DNA of 64,000 nucleotides from the NCBI GenBank assembly GCA_013265495.1, contig MU058384.1, forward strand, positions 1,737,690-1,801,689, in the 5' to 3' direction. Under the pieces are notes generated by a model, which worked only from the letters and a program-made list of their open reading frames with translations, searched no databases and was not told where the DNA came from. Made by a program: the position numbers and the translations under genes. This DNA is from Vicugna vicugna (lineage: Eukaryota). Below, one piece after another: positions 25,701-38,737 of the stretch (its first letter is position 1; every line of letters begins with the position of its first letter).

Positions 25701-27784
25701 TGATAACACCCAGGAAACTCATTATAAGTAGTCAGAAAAGACAGGCACAATTTCAGGTGGGAAGTTTTTAAAGTTAGTAATTAGTTAATAATTTGAATGA
25801 AGGAAAGGTGGACATAAGGGGCATCGAGGTTTTCCATAAGGGTAAAAGCCTATACTAATATTTTTCAAACTTAGATAGTAGGCAGATCTGAAATTGTAAA
25901 TGGCATCAAAAGTAAACAGACTTTTCTTCTGATGTGAGATACTGTGAGCTGAGCAGGGTCTCAGTTCTGCCTCAGGGGACCAACCCATTAATCACCTTTT
26001 TTCATTTGTTCTAAGATAGGAAATAAGAAAATGTATGTATTATAAAGTTTCATAAATACTGTTTCAAATATCACTTGCAAATGGTACATCTCTTCTTTCA
26101 AGCCCAGAAAAATGCACCAAGACTTCATACTGATATTGTGTATCAACTCCCAAGTAAATAAAGGCAAGCACAGGGAAAAGCCAACAGTTAAATCATTGTG
26201 TTCAGCTGACCTTGTAAAGTTCCTGGATACACAAATCACTGCCCACTCCTTTTTCCCTCTTCCCCAGGACGCAGTTTACCCCTGGATCTGCCCACCAGGA
26301 GCAGTAAGACTGTCCACCCTCTGCCCTCTCCCTCTCTCCAAGTGTTTAACTGAGATTGGCAACTGTGGTTACCAGGAGGTAATCAATCCCCAGGCTTCCA
26401 GAGATCAAGTGTCTGCTGACGGAGGTCAGAAAGAAATGCTCTCCCACAAGGTCCAAGTACTTTATAATTGACGCAGTGCTCGTTGAGAAAATGACATCCT
26501 CACACTCAAGCTAAGGATTGCACAACTGGGCAGGTGCATGGAGGGCAGGGGACGATGTGGGGGATGGTTACTGGCTGATTCCCTTCCTGAAGCATTTAGA
26601 CTTCACCGGAAGATTGAGGCTGAGCTATTGGAGTCTTGGTGTTTCTTAGCCTATATTTACTGCGTGGAGGCAATTGATGTGGTATGGGACTTCAAAAGTA
26701 CTTTTCCTTGTTTGTTTTTCTTTCTGAAATCCAATCCCTGAGCACTGTGGTAAACAAAAATAAACTAAGAATGACTAGCAATAAAACATGAGCAAGAACA
26801 AACCAAATATTAATGTAAAAATAGCATTAATAGAAGCTGAAAATTGAATCTCACCACAGAAGAGTCACAACATAGCATGTTTTTTTCAATCTTGCAAGTG
26901 GAGTGTAAGTATTCTGTAAGGGATCAGCTAACCCTTAAGAAATGATATATTTTTTCCTACAGGCATTTGAATGTTTAATAAAACATTTCAAGTCACATAG
27001 ATGTTTTTCCCTTCAAATATGTAGACTCTTTCTAAAAAAAAGCATAAGGTAACATTTTCACAGCAATACTGCAAAGTATAAAAGACAGAGCATTTTGCTG
27101 AGTGTTGGCATAATGCAGGAGCATTATATCAAGTGGAAAGTTACTGGCATGGCTCAGTGTTTACATAAGTATCTTCACCTTTACACTCTTTGCACCAAAG
27201 TATTTTACAAGCTTCTTTTCAGAAGAAACACACACACACACAGCTGTTGAATAATTTGCTATTTTCAGGCTACATCTACTCATCATTTCTCTTCATTCTA
27301 CCATGATACTGGTTGATATCAATGTTGCCATGACCACTCTACATGTCACTCTCCCCAAGTCCCCAGAGATCAACTATCGTTTGCGAACAGTGATATTTCT
27401 ACTGTCATCCAAAAATACTAAACTTATACACACACATACAAACAGAGAGAGAGAGAGATTTATTCAGTCCCCTCAGTATCTGTCAACTAAAAGGGCAATT
27501 AAAATGCTTGTAAGGTAAACAACTCTTTCAAATAGATGGGCATTACTTATCTAAGACAGCAACTCTCCAGAATACAGCCCAAAAAGCAAAGTTTCTTAAC
27601 AGCCAAAACAGATGTCAAAAATAAACGCACTTCCCTTTTAGATGAGCCCCTTAGGTTGTCCTTCAAAGCCAGTTTGCTTTTTTTTCTTTTAAGTTAATTA
27701 ATGTCTGAATTACATAAGAATATTTTCTTAGGTTTAGATCATGCTTGCAATCTATGGATTAAAACTTACTTCATGAAAATGTGT

Positions 27785-28657
27785 TTTAAATAATTTTAAC
27801 AGCTTTGTTGAGATATAATTTACATAGCATGCAATTCATTCATTTAAAGTACACCATTCAATATTTTTAGTACAGTCACAGATATGCACAACCATCACCA
27901 CGATCTATTTTAGAACATTTTCGTCACCTCAGAAAGAGACCCTATAACATTTAGCCATCACTCCTGTATTCCCTTGTGCCTGTCCCTACCCTAGCCCTAA
28001 GTGATCACTAATTTACTTTCTGTCTTTATTGATTTAGCTGCTCTGGGCTTTCATATGAATGGATCATAGAATATATGGTCTTTGTGACTAGCTTCTTTCA
28101 CTAAGCATAATATTTTCAAGGTTTATTCATATTGTAGCATGTATCAATACTTCATTCCTTTTTATGATCAAATAATATTTCTTTGTATGGATATACCATA
28201 TTTTACTTAGCCACCTGTCAGTTGATGAACATTTAGGTTATCTCCACTTTGGGACTATAATGAATTAATGTTACTGTAAACATTCTCATACAAGCTTCTG
28301 TGTGGACATATGTTTTCATTTCTCTTGGATATATAACTAGAGTGGACTTGCTGGGTCATATGGTAGAGGTCTGTGGGTCTCTTTTTAATCATTTGACAAA
28401 CTGCCAGACTGCTTTCTGAAGTAGCTGCAGCACTTTGCATTCCTACCAAGTGTATGAGGGTCCCAATTTCTCCATGTCCTTGTCAACACTTGTTACTATT
28501 GGATGTTTGGATTGTAGCCATTCTGATGCATATGAAGTAATATCTCATTATGGTTTTGATTTGCATTTCCCTGAGGATTAATGACGTCAAGCATTTTTTC
28601 ATATGCTCATTGGCCATTTTTGTATCTTCCTAGGAGAAATATCAATTCCTATCCTTT
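27785..28657 (-). mobile_element. Old L1 (L1M-type) 3' region
   Basis: CAGCTTTGTTGAGATATAATTTACATA...GCTGGGTCATATGGTA...GGTTTTGATTTGCATTTCCCTGA. Confidence 0.9.
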
Positions 28658-29074
28658 GTAAGGAGTCCCCATTTTTAAATGCGGAGCCAGCTTACTTTTA
28701 CATTTCATGTTATTTTAATAGCTAATATTTCAGCTAAGAAATATTGAGAAATAATAAATAAGTTGAAAGGAGCTATTAGAGCTAGCTAACATGATATAAC
28801 AAGAGAAGAAAAACTATTTTTAAAAAGCAAACCTAAAATCTCAAAAAGCAGAGAACATTCTCCAATTGTACAGGACGGAGATGACAGTTTCAATGAGTCC
28901 CAACCGAATTTCTCCATTACAATATGAAAAAAATGACTGAAATTTACTGTGATTACCTTAAATTCTCTTTATAGGCTCATTTTTAATTCTATATGGACTA
29001 TTTACAAAGGCTAGCAGGTTTATAACATATTTTGGAGCTGTGGCGAAGGGGAATTAATACTTGCCATCAACTGT

Positions 29075-29230
29075 GTGCTCTTAAATCCTTAACAACCAAC
29101 TCTCCAGGGAGAAGGAAAGGTCTGATTTGTACATCCACCATAATTGACTTCAAGCTACCAACCAGCATAAGAACTTCCTGAAATTTTAATAATCATCTCA
29201 CAAGCCAGTAGTTGGCTTGGACACAGCATG
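29075..29230. mobile_element. MER63-like hAT fragment
   Basis: TTAACAACC...CTGATTTGTA...CCACCAT...TTCAAGCTACCAA, similar to the element at 3.6 kb. Confidence 0.45.
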
Positions 29231-29254
29231 GTTTGATGTGTGGCTGATATAAAT

Positions 29255-29445
29255 TAGGCACCATGTTAGTCTCTTTATATACATTATAACCTCATTTACT
29301 GCTTTCAACAATCTTTAAGAAGAAAAAAGTGTCCCTCCCCAAAGTAAACTGAGGCTCAGAAAGGTTTTATAAACTTGCCAGGGAGACACAGCTAGGAAGT
29401 GCCATTCTGGTCTTTTCAAAGTCTGTTCTTCCTAGTACACTAAAC
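29255..29445 (-). mobile_element. MIR SINE
   Basis: TAGGCACCATG...CTCATTTA...AAACTGAGGCTCAGAAAGGTT...ACTTGCC...ACACAGCTAGGAAGTG. Confidence 0.7.
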
Positions 29446-32094
29446 TGATCTCTCATTTTTAAAAGTTAATCAAAAACAAATTTTAAATTGGGTTAAAAGG
29501 CACTGCTGAAGGAGAGTAATCGTTATTTTGAAAGTTTACTCATCAGGAACACCACAGGCCTTGACATCCACGGGCAGGTGAGGTTAATGCACAGGTATTT
29601 AGAATCAAAATAGGCTAGCTGCAGCTTCACCGGAGACAAATGGACAGGGGCCTGTCCAGTGATAAGCCCAAAGCTAAGCAAGAATTTTGCAAACAAATCT
29701 TCCTAGCATCTGAAGAGGTGTAGAAAGTGGCTCCAAGTAATCTAGAGAGAATCCTTTCTAGCTTCGCATTCAGTGGTAGTTGCTGCCAAGACCAACCCCT
29801 GCCACGGCTGGGCACGGGACTCTCTCCATCCCAGCTCCACATGCCCCCAGTTCATGCATGCACACATGCAAAGTCAGCACATCAACACACCTTAACAAGC
29901 AGCCTTGTGGCAAACTGCAGGAAATTCCATTTCGGCGTATATTATGACAATATGCCCCCTACTTGCACTGTGCATCAAAAGCCAAGGTAGCTCCTAACCA
30001 TACCCTTTGGAAAAAGAGTAAGTATATCTTGGGACTGAACATTACTAGGACTCTATTCAGATTAAACACCAAATTCTCCTCCCAGAAGCTAAAGATCACT
30101 ATACTTTAAAATTTGTAATTAGACAAATTGTATGGAAGGAATCACTTATGCAATCAGTGGCAAGTTTCAACTTCTGTTTCCAGCCAGAATCAAAGAGGTG
30201 GGTTGATCTACCACAGGATAACACATTCCCTTTGCCCTTCCTGGCACCCACTGTGGAATATATTACTCCATTATGGAAGCTGCTATTGTGTGCCTGTTAG
30301 GTAAGTAGGATTTATATAATTCAGCATCCAAGCTTTGGTAATTATCTCTACACCAGCCAAGTCTCCAGCCTCAGCACATACCAATGTCCACAATTCTTCA
30401 ATACTACAAAAAAAAAAACTAAGAAAGATATCAGCCAAGGCTTTGGAAGGTCTACTTTTAACTTGTGGTAACAACACAGAGCTATATTCTCTCAGTATCT
30501 TCATGAAACTGAGACGACGAATGTACAATACTCTTCATTGTGTTTTGATCTGCTTGCTCTATATTAAAACCTGAATGAACTGAAAAAAAAATGAACTTTT
30601 TTTTAACCTTTCACCCAACAAAGAATACAATCAACAGTAGCTCATTCAGAGACCTCCGATGAAAAGCAGAATGCTTTGACGTTTAATATTGGCATTATTA
30701 CAGGCTTAGTAATAGACATGTAGGGGAATAAGGGGAGAAAAGACAAGAAGAAAGCAGCAATGGGCCGAGTTTGGGTACCCTCCAGCCTCCCCTTTCCACA
30801 GCCCACCCTACTGGCAACCACATCCATCCTCTGCGGATGGCCCAGTGACAGCTAGAACTGCCTTCCTGGGCATCGCAGCATTCTACTCAGCCCTGCCCCT
30901 GCCGTGCTCTCTTCATCTTCCCTCCACTCCCCTCATGCTCCACTTCGCAGGCCAGCCGTCCGGAATCTCATGTCCTCAGCACTAGGCTTTCAGTTGTTAG
31001 GAAATATGATAAAACTAGTTCTATAAACTAATGGGGAAAGAGTAAAGCGGATGACACCACCTATCCTCCTGCCTTCCACTGGTACATTCAAACTGCTCCC
31101 TGGGGTCTCCCGGAGGTAATGGCTACTCTTTTATTGACTCACCCCAAGAGTGATCCCAGGGGTGAGGATTTCAGCCCAGGCTAAAAGAAAATATAAAACC
31201 ATGTCAAGCTTAACTTTGGCCACTGTATGGAGATGGCTGAAGTGAGGGACAGATGTGGTGAAATCACATGGCCAGACCTGTCTGTATCAGTGTGCATGTT
31301 CCTTAACAGTATGCAGGTAGCTGAGCAGAAATCCAAGGGACGTTTCCATTCCCACCTTTATGCAGATTAACCACAATCACCATTTGAATCACAACACCCA
31401 ACAAAGTAAACAACTTGTAGAAAACAACCTTTTAGAATTCAAGCACCAGAAACATCAGTCTCTAGCAACAACCCTTATCATAACCAAGATGTTCTGAGTT
31501 GTGCAACCAATTTCATATGGCTGGAAGGTTCTTTTGTTTGGCAGCCAGGTAAAACAAGGGTTGATTCCTTTAAACAATCTCCCTTCCCCTACATACCCTT
31601 CATACACAGAATTCCTTTTGAAGCCACTGAAAATCCCTTTCACAGAACAGAGGGATGAGAACAATCCGTTTGTTTTTCTAGGAACCTATGCTCTGCCTCC
31701 AATTATCTGAGCTAGTTCCCTTTTCTTTTTCAGACCTCTTGTCAAAATTCTCACATTCCAGGAAGGCTTCTCCTACAATAGGTCTCTTCTAAATCAAAAT
31801 GGCTACAGTCCAAAGGTTGTGCCAAAGAAAAATTCAGCTATCTGCCAGCAATGTCTCAGCAGTACGAGAGACCTTCCCTTCCTCCATGTTTTTATTTCTT
31901 AATTGTCATGTCTATCCCAGTGAAGTGACGAACATCTGAGGTAGGAATTGCTTTCATCCTTGTGTTTTTACAGTGCTTCAGATGATAAGTCTACTCAGTA
32001 AGTTGAAAATCATTATTATACACAAATGCATATGGTAATGAGTGACCAGCAAGCTCAGATGGCAGAATGAATAAACAATTACTGGCAAACACCA

Positions 32095-33200
32095 TGGTAT
32101 GGCATTTCAATGAAGTCATCACAGAATCACTAGCAATTATCTTTGCAGATTTAAGGTGAGGTGTCTATGGGCTGAAGGAGAGAAATGTATACTTGTGTTT
32201 GAAAAAGAGAAATAGGAAAACTCAAAAAATTATATTCAACACCTTAATATTTAGATCCAGAAATATATTACAATCTTATAAATAAACATAACACACACAC
32301 ACAGAGTATACCATGCTAGATAAAATCAAGGTAGTTTTGTATAAAAAAGAAATCCTATTACATTAGTCAAATGCTATTCCTCAGAAGCATCAGTCTGGTA
32401 AAACCAAGCAGAAGGCAAAGATACGAAATAGTTTTGACTATTATACAGTATTAAGTTTTGTCTTGCTTGACATCAGGCAATTAAAGTATTACATCCTGAA
32501 GTCATCTTCTCATCAGGCAGACTCATAAGTGGTTAGAAGGCCTTTCTTGGTAGGTAATTATTAATGGTTCAGTGTCAGCCCCGAGATGCATACCTCATGG
32601 GATTCCAAAGAGGTTGGTCTTAACCTGGTGCTATTTTTAGTAGTGACTTAGAGGATGGTAGAGAATATGGTTATTAAGTTCAGGATGACATCAAACTGGG
32701 TGTGGTACATTCCTGTTTGGAAAACTAGATAGAAGTGCAAAAAAACTAGATAGAAGTCATCCTGATGAGTTGGAGAAGTGGGTGGATGTAAACAGACTGA
32801 GGTTCTGTAGTGTAACTCACATGGGAAGAAAAACAAACCACACAATTGCAGGATTTATTCTGTGATATTATTAAAAAAAAAAAATCTGGAGGTCATAGTC
32901 AACACAAACTATTGGTGTTAGTGCTTTATTCTTAAAAGCATGATTGATTTAGTAAAAGAAAACCAGGAGACCTTTCCCTGAAGTTCAGTACAGATACAGC
33001 CTATCCTAGAATACTCCGTAATGTCTTTAGTCCCACATTTTAAAGTAGGATATGGAGAGTGTGGGGGCATCTAAGAGGAAATCAAATTTTCTTACTGACT
33101 ACAAGTTAGAGAAGCGGCCCTTAGAGAAACAACTAAAATTATAAAGGTATTTGGCTTAGAAAAATGTTGAGGAAGGGACCAAACTATTTCCAAGCCTAGA
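32095..33200 (+). mobile_element. Second ancient CR1/L3 LINE remnant
   Basis: Degenerate RT landmarks in order: GAATCACTAGCAATTATCTTTG (EPL.IIF), AATGGTTCAGTGTCA...GGGATTCCAAAG...CTGGTGCTATTT (NGS.S...GVPQGSVLGP.LF), AAGTTCAGGATGACATCAAACTGGG (KFADDTKLG). Confidence 0.65.
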
Positions 33201-33769
33201 AAGATGGAATGATACCAGTTTCAAAGATATTAGAAAAATCTTCAAAAAAAATAAAAAATTAATCTGTGGAAAACCAGAGTGCACTGCAATGGAATCAGAT
33301 GTCCTTCTCTGAAAACTTCAAAACATGGGCCTGTCCCCAAATTTAGGAACAGCTTTATGTATAAACAAAAGAGTCCGTGCAGGTAAAAGTAAAACCAAAA
33401 GCAAAATTTTGTATTTCCTGTTTATCTGCCCCTCTCCCCGCACCTTTAATTTAAAAGGAAAGTGTGGGAGAGAAGGAAGGGGAAGGAATGTCCACTATGT
33501 CTCAGGACCCTTACTTCTCCATTTGAGACCGTACGGCAACTCAAGTCCCACCTCCCACCTATGCATCTCTGGTCTGAACACCGCATTGCTTAGACTCTTT
33601 GCTATGCTGTTTCAGGGTCGGTCTTTGCAGGTAATATTAAGTTTTGAAGAAACTAGGAAGCCCAGCTATTTCCCGCCTCTAGCGGGATGTAGCCTCATTC
33701 CCTAAAATTACACTTTGCTCATTTCCCATCACTGGGTTTTTACTCAAAGCTTGGGTTTTGCTCTGGGAT

Positions 33770-34145
33770 GCGTGATATGTTCTTTCATCAACTTCCTAGG
33801 AACCTCCTACCTTTTGGAGCCAATACTATCCCACCTCTCATGGAGCTGGTCTAACCCCTCCTTACACAGCGGCTTCTCCTTCCCATGAACTCAGAGCATT
33901 CATGTGCTGTCAATGGCATTCATTGGATACATAGTCACACAGCCTTGTGACAGCTCAGGTTCTGATGAATCACCATTTAACATTTACTGTGTGTCTGCAG
34001 TATATTCCCACCTAGACCATATGCTCTTTGAAGGTGAGGATTATGTGTTAAATTGTTTTGTATCTTCCTTTAGCACCTAGTTCAGCAAGCACTACATTCA
34101 TAGTAGGGACTAAGTTAAAATTTGCTTGATGAATGAAGGAATGAT
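33770..34145 (+). mobile_element. L2 3' fragment
   Basis: CTAGACCATATGCTCTTTGAAGG...TAGCACCTAG...CATAGTAGG...TTGATGAATGAA. Confidence 0.6.
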
Positions 34146-35049
34146 TAAGGAGAAGCTTTAAAGTAAATTTGGTCTTTACCTAGAAAAGTTGCTTTCTACC
34201 TGGGAAAACTATTTCTGAGAAGAGACCATTTTATGAGAAAATAAAAGCCAATTAAAGGAAAAAACTTTACATTTTATAAATTCTTAGTAGGAAAAATTAT
34301 AAAACCCACTAAAACAATGCCCTTATTTATAGAAAATATATCCTAGAGTCTTTAAAATGGTGTAGATGATAAAAATCATGCAATTGTTGATATTTTTCAT
34401 CTGAATAGAACATTTCTTATCAGCACATGCAATTATGAAAGCCACAAAAAAAACCCATCTTGTGTATGTGTGCACCATTTGAAATAATTTAGTCTAATAA
34501 AATTTAAATACTTCTCTTTTACTATTTTAAGATTAATATTTTATGTTCATTCTACCTCTGCTCACTGAGATTGGTCTTTCTGCTATGACTGCCAATAAGG
34601 TATCAGAGGTGGTGGCTGTATTTAACATGTGTTTCTCCACATCTTAGATTTTGAGTTAGAACACTGGTTCATTTTGCAGAGATAAATGTTCCGTGACAGC
34701 CACTAATCTAGGTTGCATTTGAACCTGTGTCCTGCAACTTAAAAGCACCATATCTTATAGCATGTTTTCAAAAATATCAGCACAAAGCATTGTCTAGGAA
34801 TGAGCAGGTACAGCTATTGTAAGTGGTGGCCAATTGTTTATAATCTCAATATTGTAACTGGTGAGATTTTCAGATAGCAAGGAAGGATTATGATGTGCAC
34901 TGGTTGAGAAGGTTGACTGACATCCAAGTAAAACTTGTTCTTTGCTTGAGTTACACTTTGGAGTCATTTCCTACCCACTGCACATAGTAACACAAAATAT
35001 CTCTCAAATTTCCAAAATAATTCATGGTGTCCAAAGTTCTTATAAAAGC

Positions 35050-36657
35050 TTTGGGATTAATAGATACACATTACTATATATAAAATAGATAAACAATAAA
35101 AACCTACAGTATAGCACAGGAAACTATAATTCAATTTCCTATAATGAGCTGTAATGGAAAATACTCTGAAAAAAAATATATATATATATAAAGCTAGTGG
35201 AGTACAAACCCGCAGCAACAAAATACTCAATAGTGAAAAGCTGAAAGTCTTCCCACTAAAATCTGGAAAAAGACAAGGATGCCCACTTTTACCACTTCTA
35301 TTCAGCACAATATTGTAAGTCATAGCCACAGCAATCAGACAAGAAAAAGAGATAAAAGGGATCCAACTGGAAGAGAAGAAGTAAAATTGTCACTATATGC
35401 AGATGACATGATACTATATTGAAAAACCCTAAAGACGCCACATAAAAACTACTAAAAGTGATACATGAATTCAGCAAGGTAGCAGGATACAAGATTTAAC
35501 ATACAGAAATCTGTTTCATTTCTTTACACTAATAATGAAATATAATCAAAAAAAAAAAAACAGAAAAGTAAAATCACATCAAAAAATAAAAACAAAATAC
35601 TTAGGAATAAACCTGACCAAGGAGGTGAAAGACTTATATGCAGAGAACTATAAAACATTGATTAAGGAAATTAAGGACAATTTAAGGAAAGAGAAAGACA
35701 TCCCATGCTCTTGGACTGGAAGAATTAATATTGTTAAAATGGACATAAAACCCAAAGCAATCTAGAGATTTAATGTGATCCCTGTCAAGTCACCTGTGAC
35801 ATTTTTCACAGAGCTAGAACAAATAACCCTGAAATTTATATGGAATCACAAAAGACCCAGAACTGCCAAAGCAGTGCTTAGGAAAAAGAACAAACCTGGA
35901 GGCATAACCCTTCCAGACTTCAGACAATATGACAAAGCTACTGTAATCAAAACAGCATGGTATTGGCACAAAAACAGACATATGGATCAATGGAACAGAA
36001 TAGAGAGCTCAGAAATAAACCCACACATCTATGGTCAGTTAGCCTATGACAAGGGAAGCAAGAATATACAATGGAGAAAAGACAGTCGTCTCTTTAGCAA
36101 GTACTGTTGGGAAAGTTGGACAGCCACATGGTAAACCAATGAAGTTAGAACACTCCCTCACACTATACACAAAAATAGCCTCAAAATGTCTTAAAGAATT
36201 AAACAATACTACTCACCCATAAAAAAGAATGAAATAATACCATTTACAGCAAAGCGGATGGACCTAGAGATTATCATACTAAGTGAAGTAAGTCAGAGAA
36301 ATACCATATGATATACTTACACGTGTAACCTATAAAATGTAATACAAATGAAATTACTCACAAAACAGACTCATAGACATAGAAAACAAACCTATGGTTA
36401 CTAAAAGGAAAGGGGTGGGGGAGAGATAAATTAGGAGTTTAGGATTTGCAGATACAAAGTACTACATATATAAACAACATAAACTACATAGATAAACAAC
36501 AGAGCCCTAATCTATAGCACAGGGAACTATATTCAATAGCTTGTAATAATCTATAATGAAAAAGAATATGAATAACTGAATTACTGTGCTATATTACTAG
36601 AAGCTAACCCAACATTGTAAATCAACTAAACTTCAATTTAAGAAGAAAAAAAAAAAG
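35050..36657 (+). mobile_element. Rearranged L1: 3'-UTR piece, then ORF2 RT/C-terminal segment, internal deletion, then 3' UTR and poly-A
   Basis: RQGCPLxP motif at about 35270, YADD at 35396-35407, and ORFs [22 protein letters not shown] and [20 protein letters not shown]...[12 protein letters not shown]-tail at about 36640-36657. Frameshifted and non-functional. Confidence 0.93.
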
Positions 36658-37229
36658 CAAATGGAATAGATTGGGAGTGGGGAAATGAATTTTGGCCTCA
36701 ACTGTGGGTTTGGGAATTAGTCAAAACTAATCATATCCTGCCAAAATCTACATTACCTTGTTTCCATCTGAGGCTGTATAATGGAAATCTGTGTCTGTAT
36801 TAACTCTTACGGGATTTCCTTTGAAGACTGGCTACCACCCTTCATAATTCAGTCACATATATTTGTCCAGTTGCCCTGGAGGAAACCGTTTCAGACTCTC
36901 TCCAGGACAGTGAGCAGAGCAGGCAGTGGGGTACAATGGAACGCCTGCATCAAGCCAACAACAGCCACACAGAAGAAGGGAGTATCTACAGACCTGGGAA
37001 GAAAGCAGGCCAGTGAGTAACAGCAATTCTCAAAGCCTTTGGTTGTTGGCACATCACCTACTCAAGAGTGTTCAGAAAAAGGGTCTTCTCTCTCTTGAGT
37101 CCTCATTTGAGATGCTCAGTCAGGGGCAAGTTGTAAGTTCAGGGGCAGGGTGGTAGGGGCAGTTTTAAATACTTTCTGCCAGAGGCAGGCAGGAGAAGCA
37201 GCAAGCTGAACAGAGTCATGGCTGGGAAA

Positions 37230-37440
37230 CGGGCTTCAGAGACCTGCCAGTCCCAGGTCTGCCCTCGGCACTCTTACTAGCTTGCTAGCAACTGCACGGG
37301 CCAGCTAGCTTCTCTCAACTTCAACTTTTTCATCTAAAAATAGTCTTCACCTCAGGTTGATATGAGGATTAAACGAAAGAAAGTTTGTACTACATTTAGG
37401 ACAATACCTAGGATATACCAGCTGTGGGATTATCACTATT
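37230..37440 (+). mobile_element. MIR SINE
   Basis: TTTCATCTAAAAAT...CTCAGGTTGATATGAGGATTAAACGA. Confidence 0.55.
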
Positions 37441-38737
37441 ACTTGGGATAAAGTTGCTCATAAAGTATCCAAGGCAGCCAAGATAACCTGCCCTGGAATA
37501 ACTTACTCTGAGGCAAGACCTGTAATGGAAGAGATCACTAACCAGGTATCTGGATAAACAGAACATAGGCTCCAAGCAGCAAGGAGCCTATTTTTTGTCT
37601 GTTTTCCCAGAGCCTCTAGGGATGCCTCGGGCACAGTGGGCATTTTTCAAGCATTTCCCAATAAACTGAACAGAAGAACAGGACGGTGCAAGAGTCTGGG
37701 GCAGAAGCAACATCTTGAAGAATCTAAGGGACTGTATTAAAGCAATTATAAACTAAAATTCTGGAAATTTCTTTTAAAGCCAATATGCATTCCCTTTGGA
37801 TACATTATCCTGACTCAGTTTTTCTTCTCTCTTCTACTCTCCTCTTCTTTTGGTCAAGATTTGTGAACTCCAAAAACCTCAACCAGATATAATTCATTAC
37901 AAAAACTGCCGAATATGCTTTCATTCCTTTTCTTTCAATATTTGTGGGCAGGTCAGAGTGTGATGAACGCAGTGCCAGGTGTTCAAAGATTGTAACTGAT
38001 TTTGGTCATTCTTCTTGTTCATCCAACCAAAATGTTTCCATAGGATGAGAGAAAACACAGGCCATGAGGACAAAATGGGACAAGCCATCAACCAACAAAG
38101 TACCCTTTTTCTGGGCCTGGTAACACCTCAGACTTGTTTTTACTGTGTCTCTATACCAACAGTACCACTTCCTGGCCATGGAAATAGATGATTTGAGTGT
38201 CTTTTCCCAGGAAAAGGTGTATGGATAGGACTCCAAAGCTCTTCACGTGCGACACTGGTTGCTCCACTTTTCACCTTCCTTCAGGCACTCTTTCTGAAAT
38301 CTCAGTTACTCAGGTGCTCAGGATTTAGGAAGGCTGGCTGAAATTAAGCCAAGAAGAGATACAGAATAGTTATGAGGTACGGAGAAACTTCATTTTGTTT
38401 TCTAATTCAGTCACATGTGAACACAGAATTTTCCTTCAGATTCTCGAGATATTTCATGTGAAATTAACAAATATCACTCTTCAAAAAAAAATCAGTCCTG
38501 GACATCCCTTCAAAAATGTCTAAAGCCAAAATGCTAGTTAGAGGATTATAGGTCCAGGATTTGGTATTTAGTATCAGGCATATTAATATCAACAAACAGT
38601 AAGGTAACATTTATTATAATTTATTACAATGTAAAAACAATTTCAATCCCAGATATATATGGTAAATAAATAGTAAAGGATGTTACAAAAGATTTAATAG
38701 ATTTGCTACCTTAAAACTATAGCAATTCCAAAGTTAT

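Noticed and set aside
35535..36134. L1 ORF2-like ORFs as an active or domesticated gene
   Set aside because: Frameshifts, stops, no endonuclease domain or ORF1, and an internal deletion.
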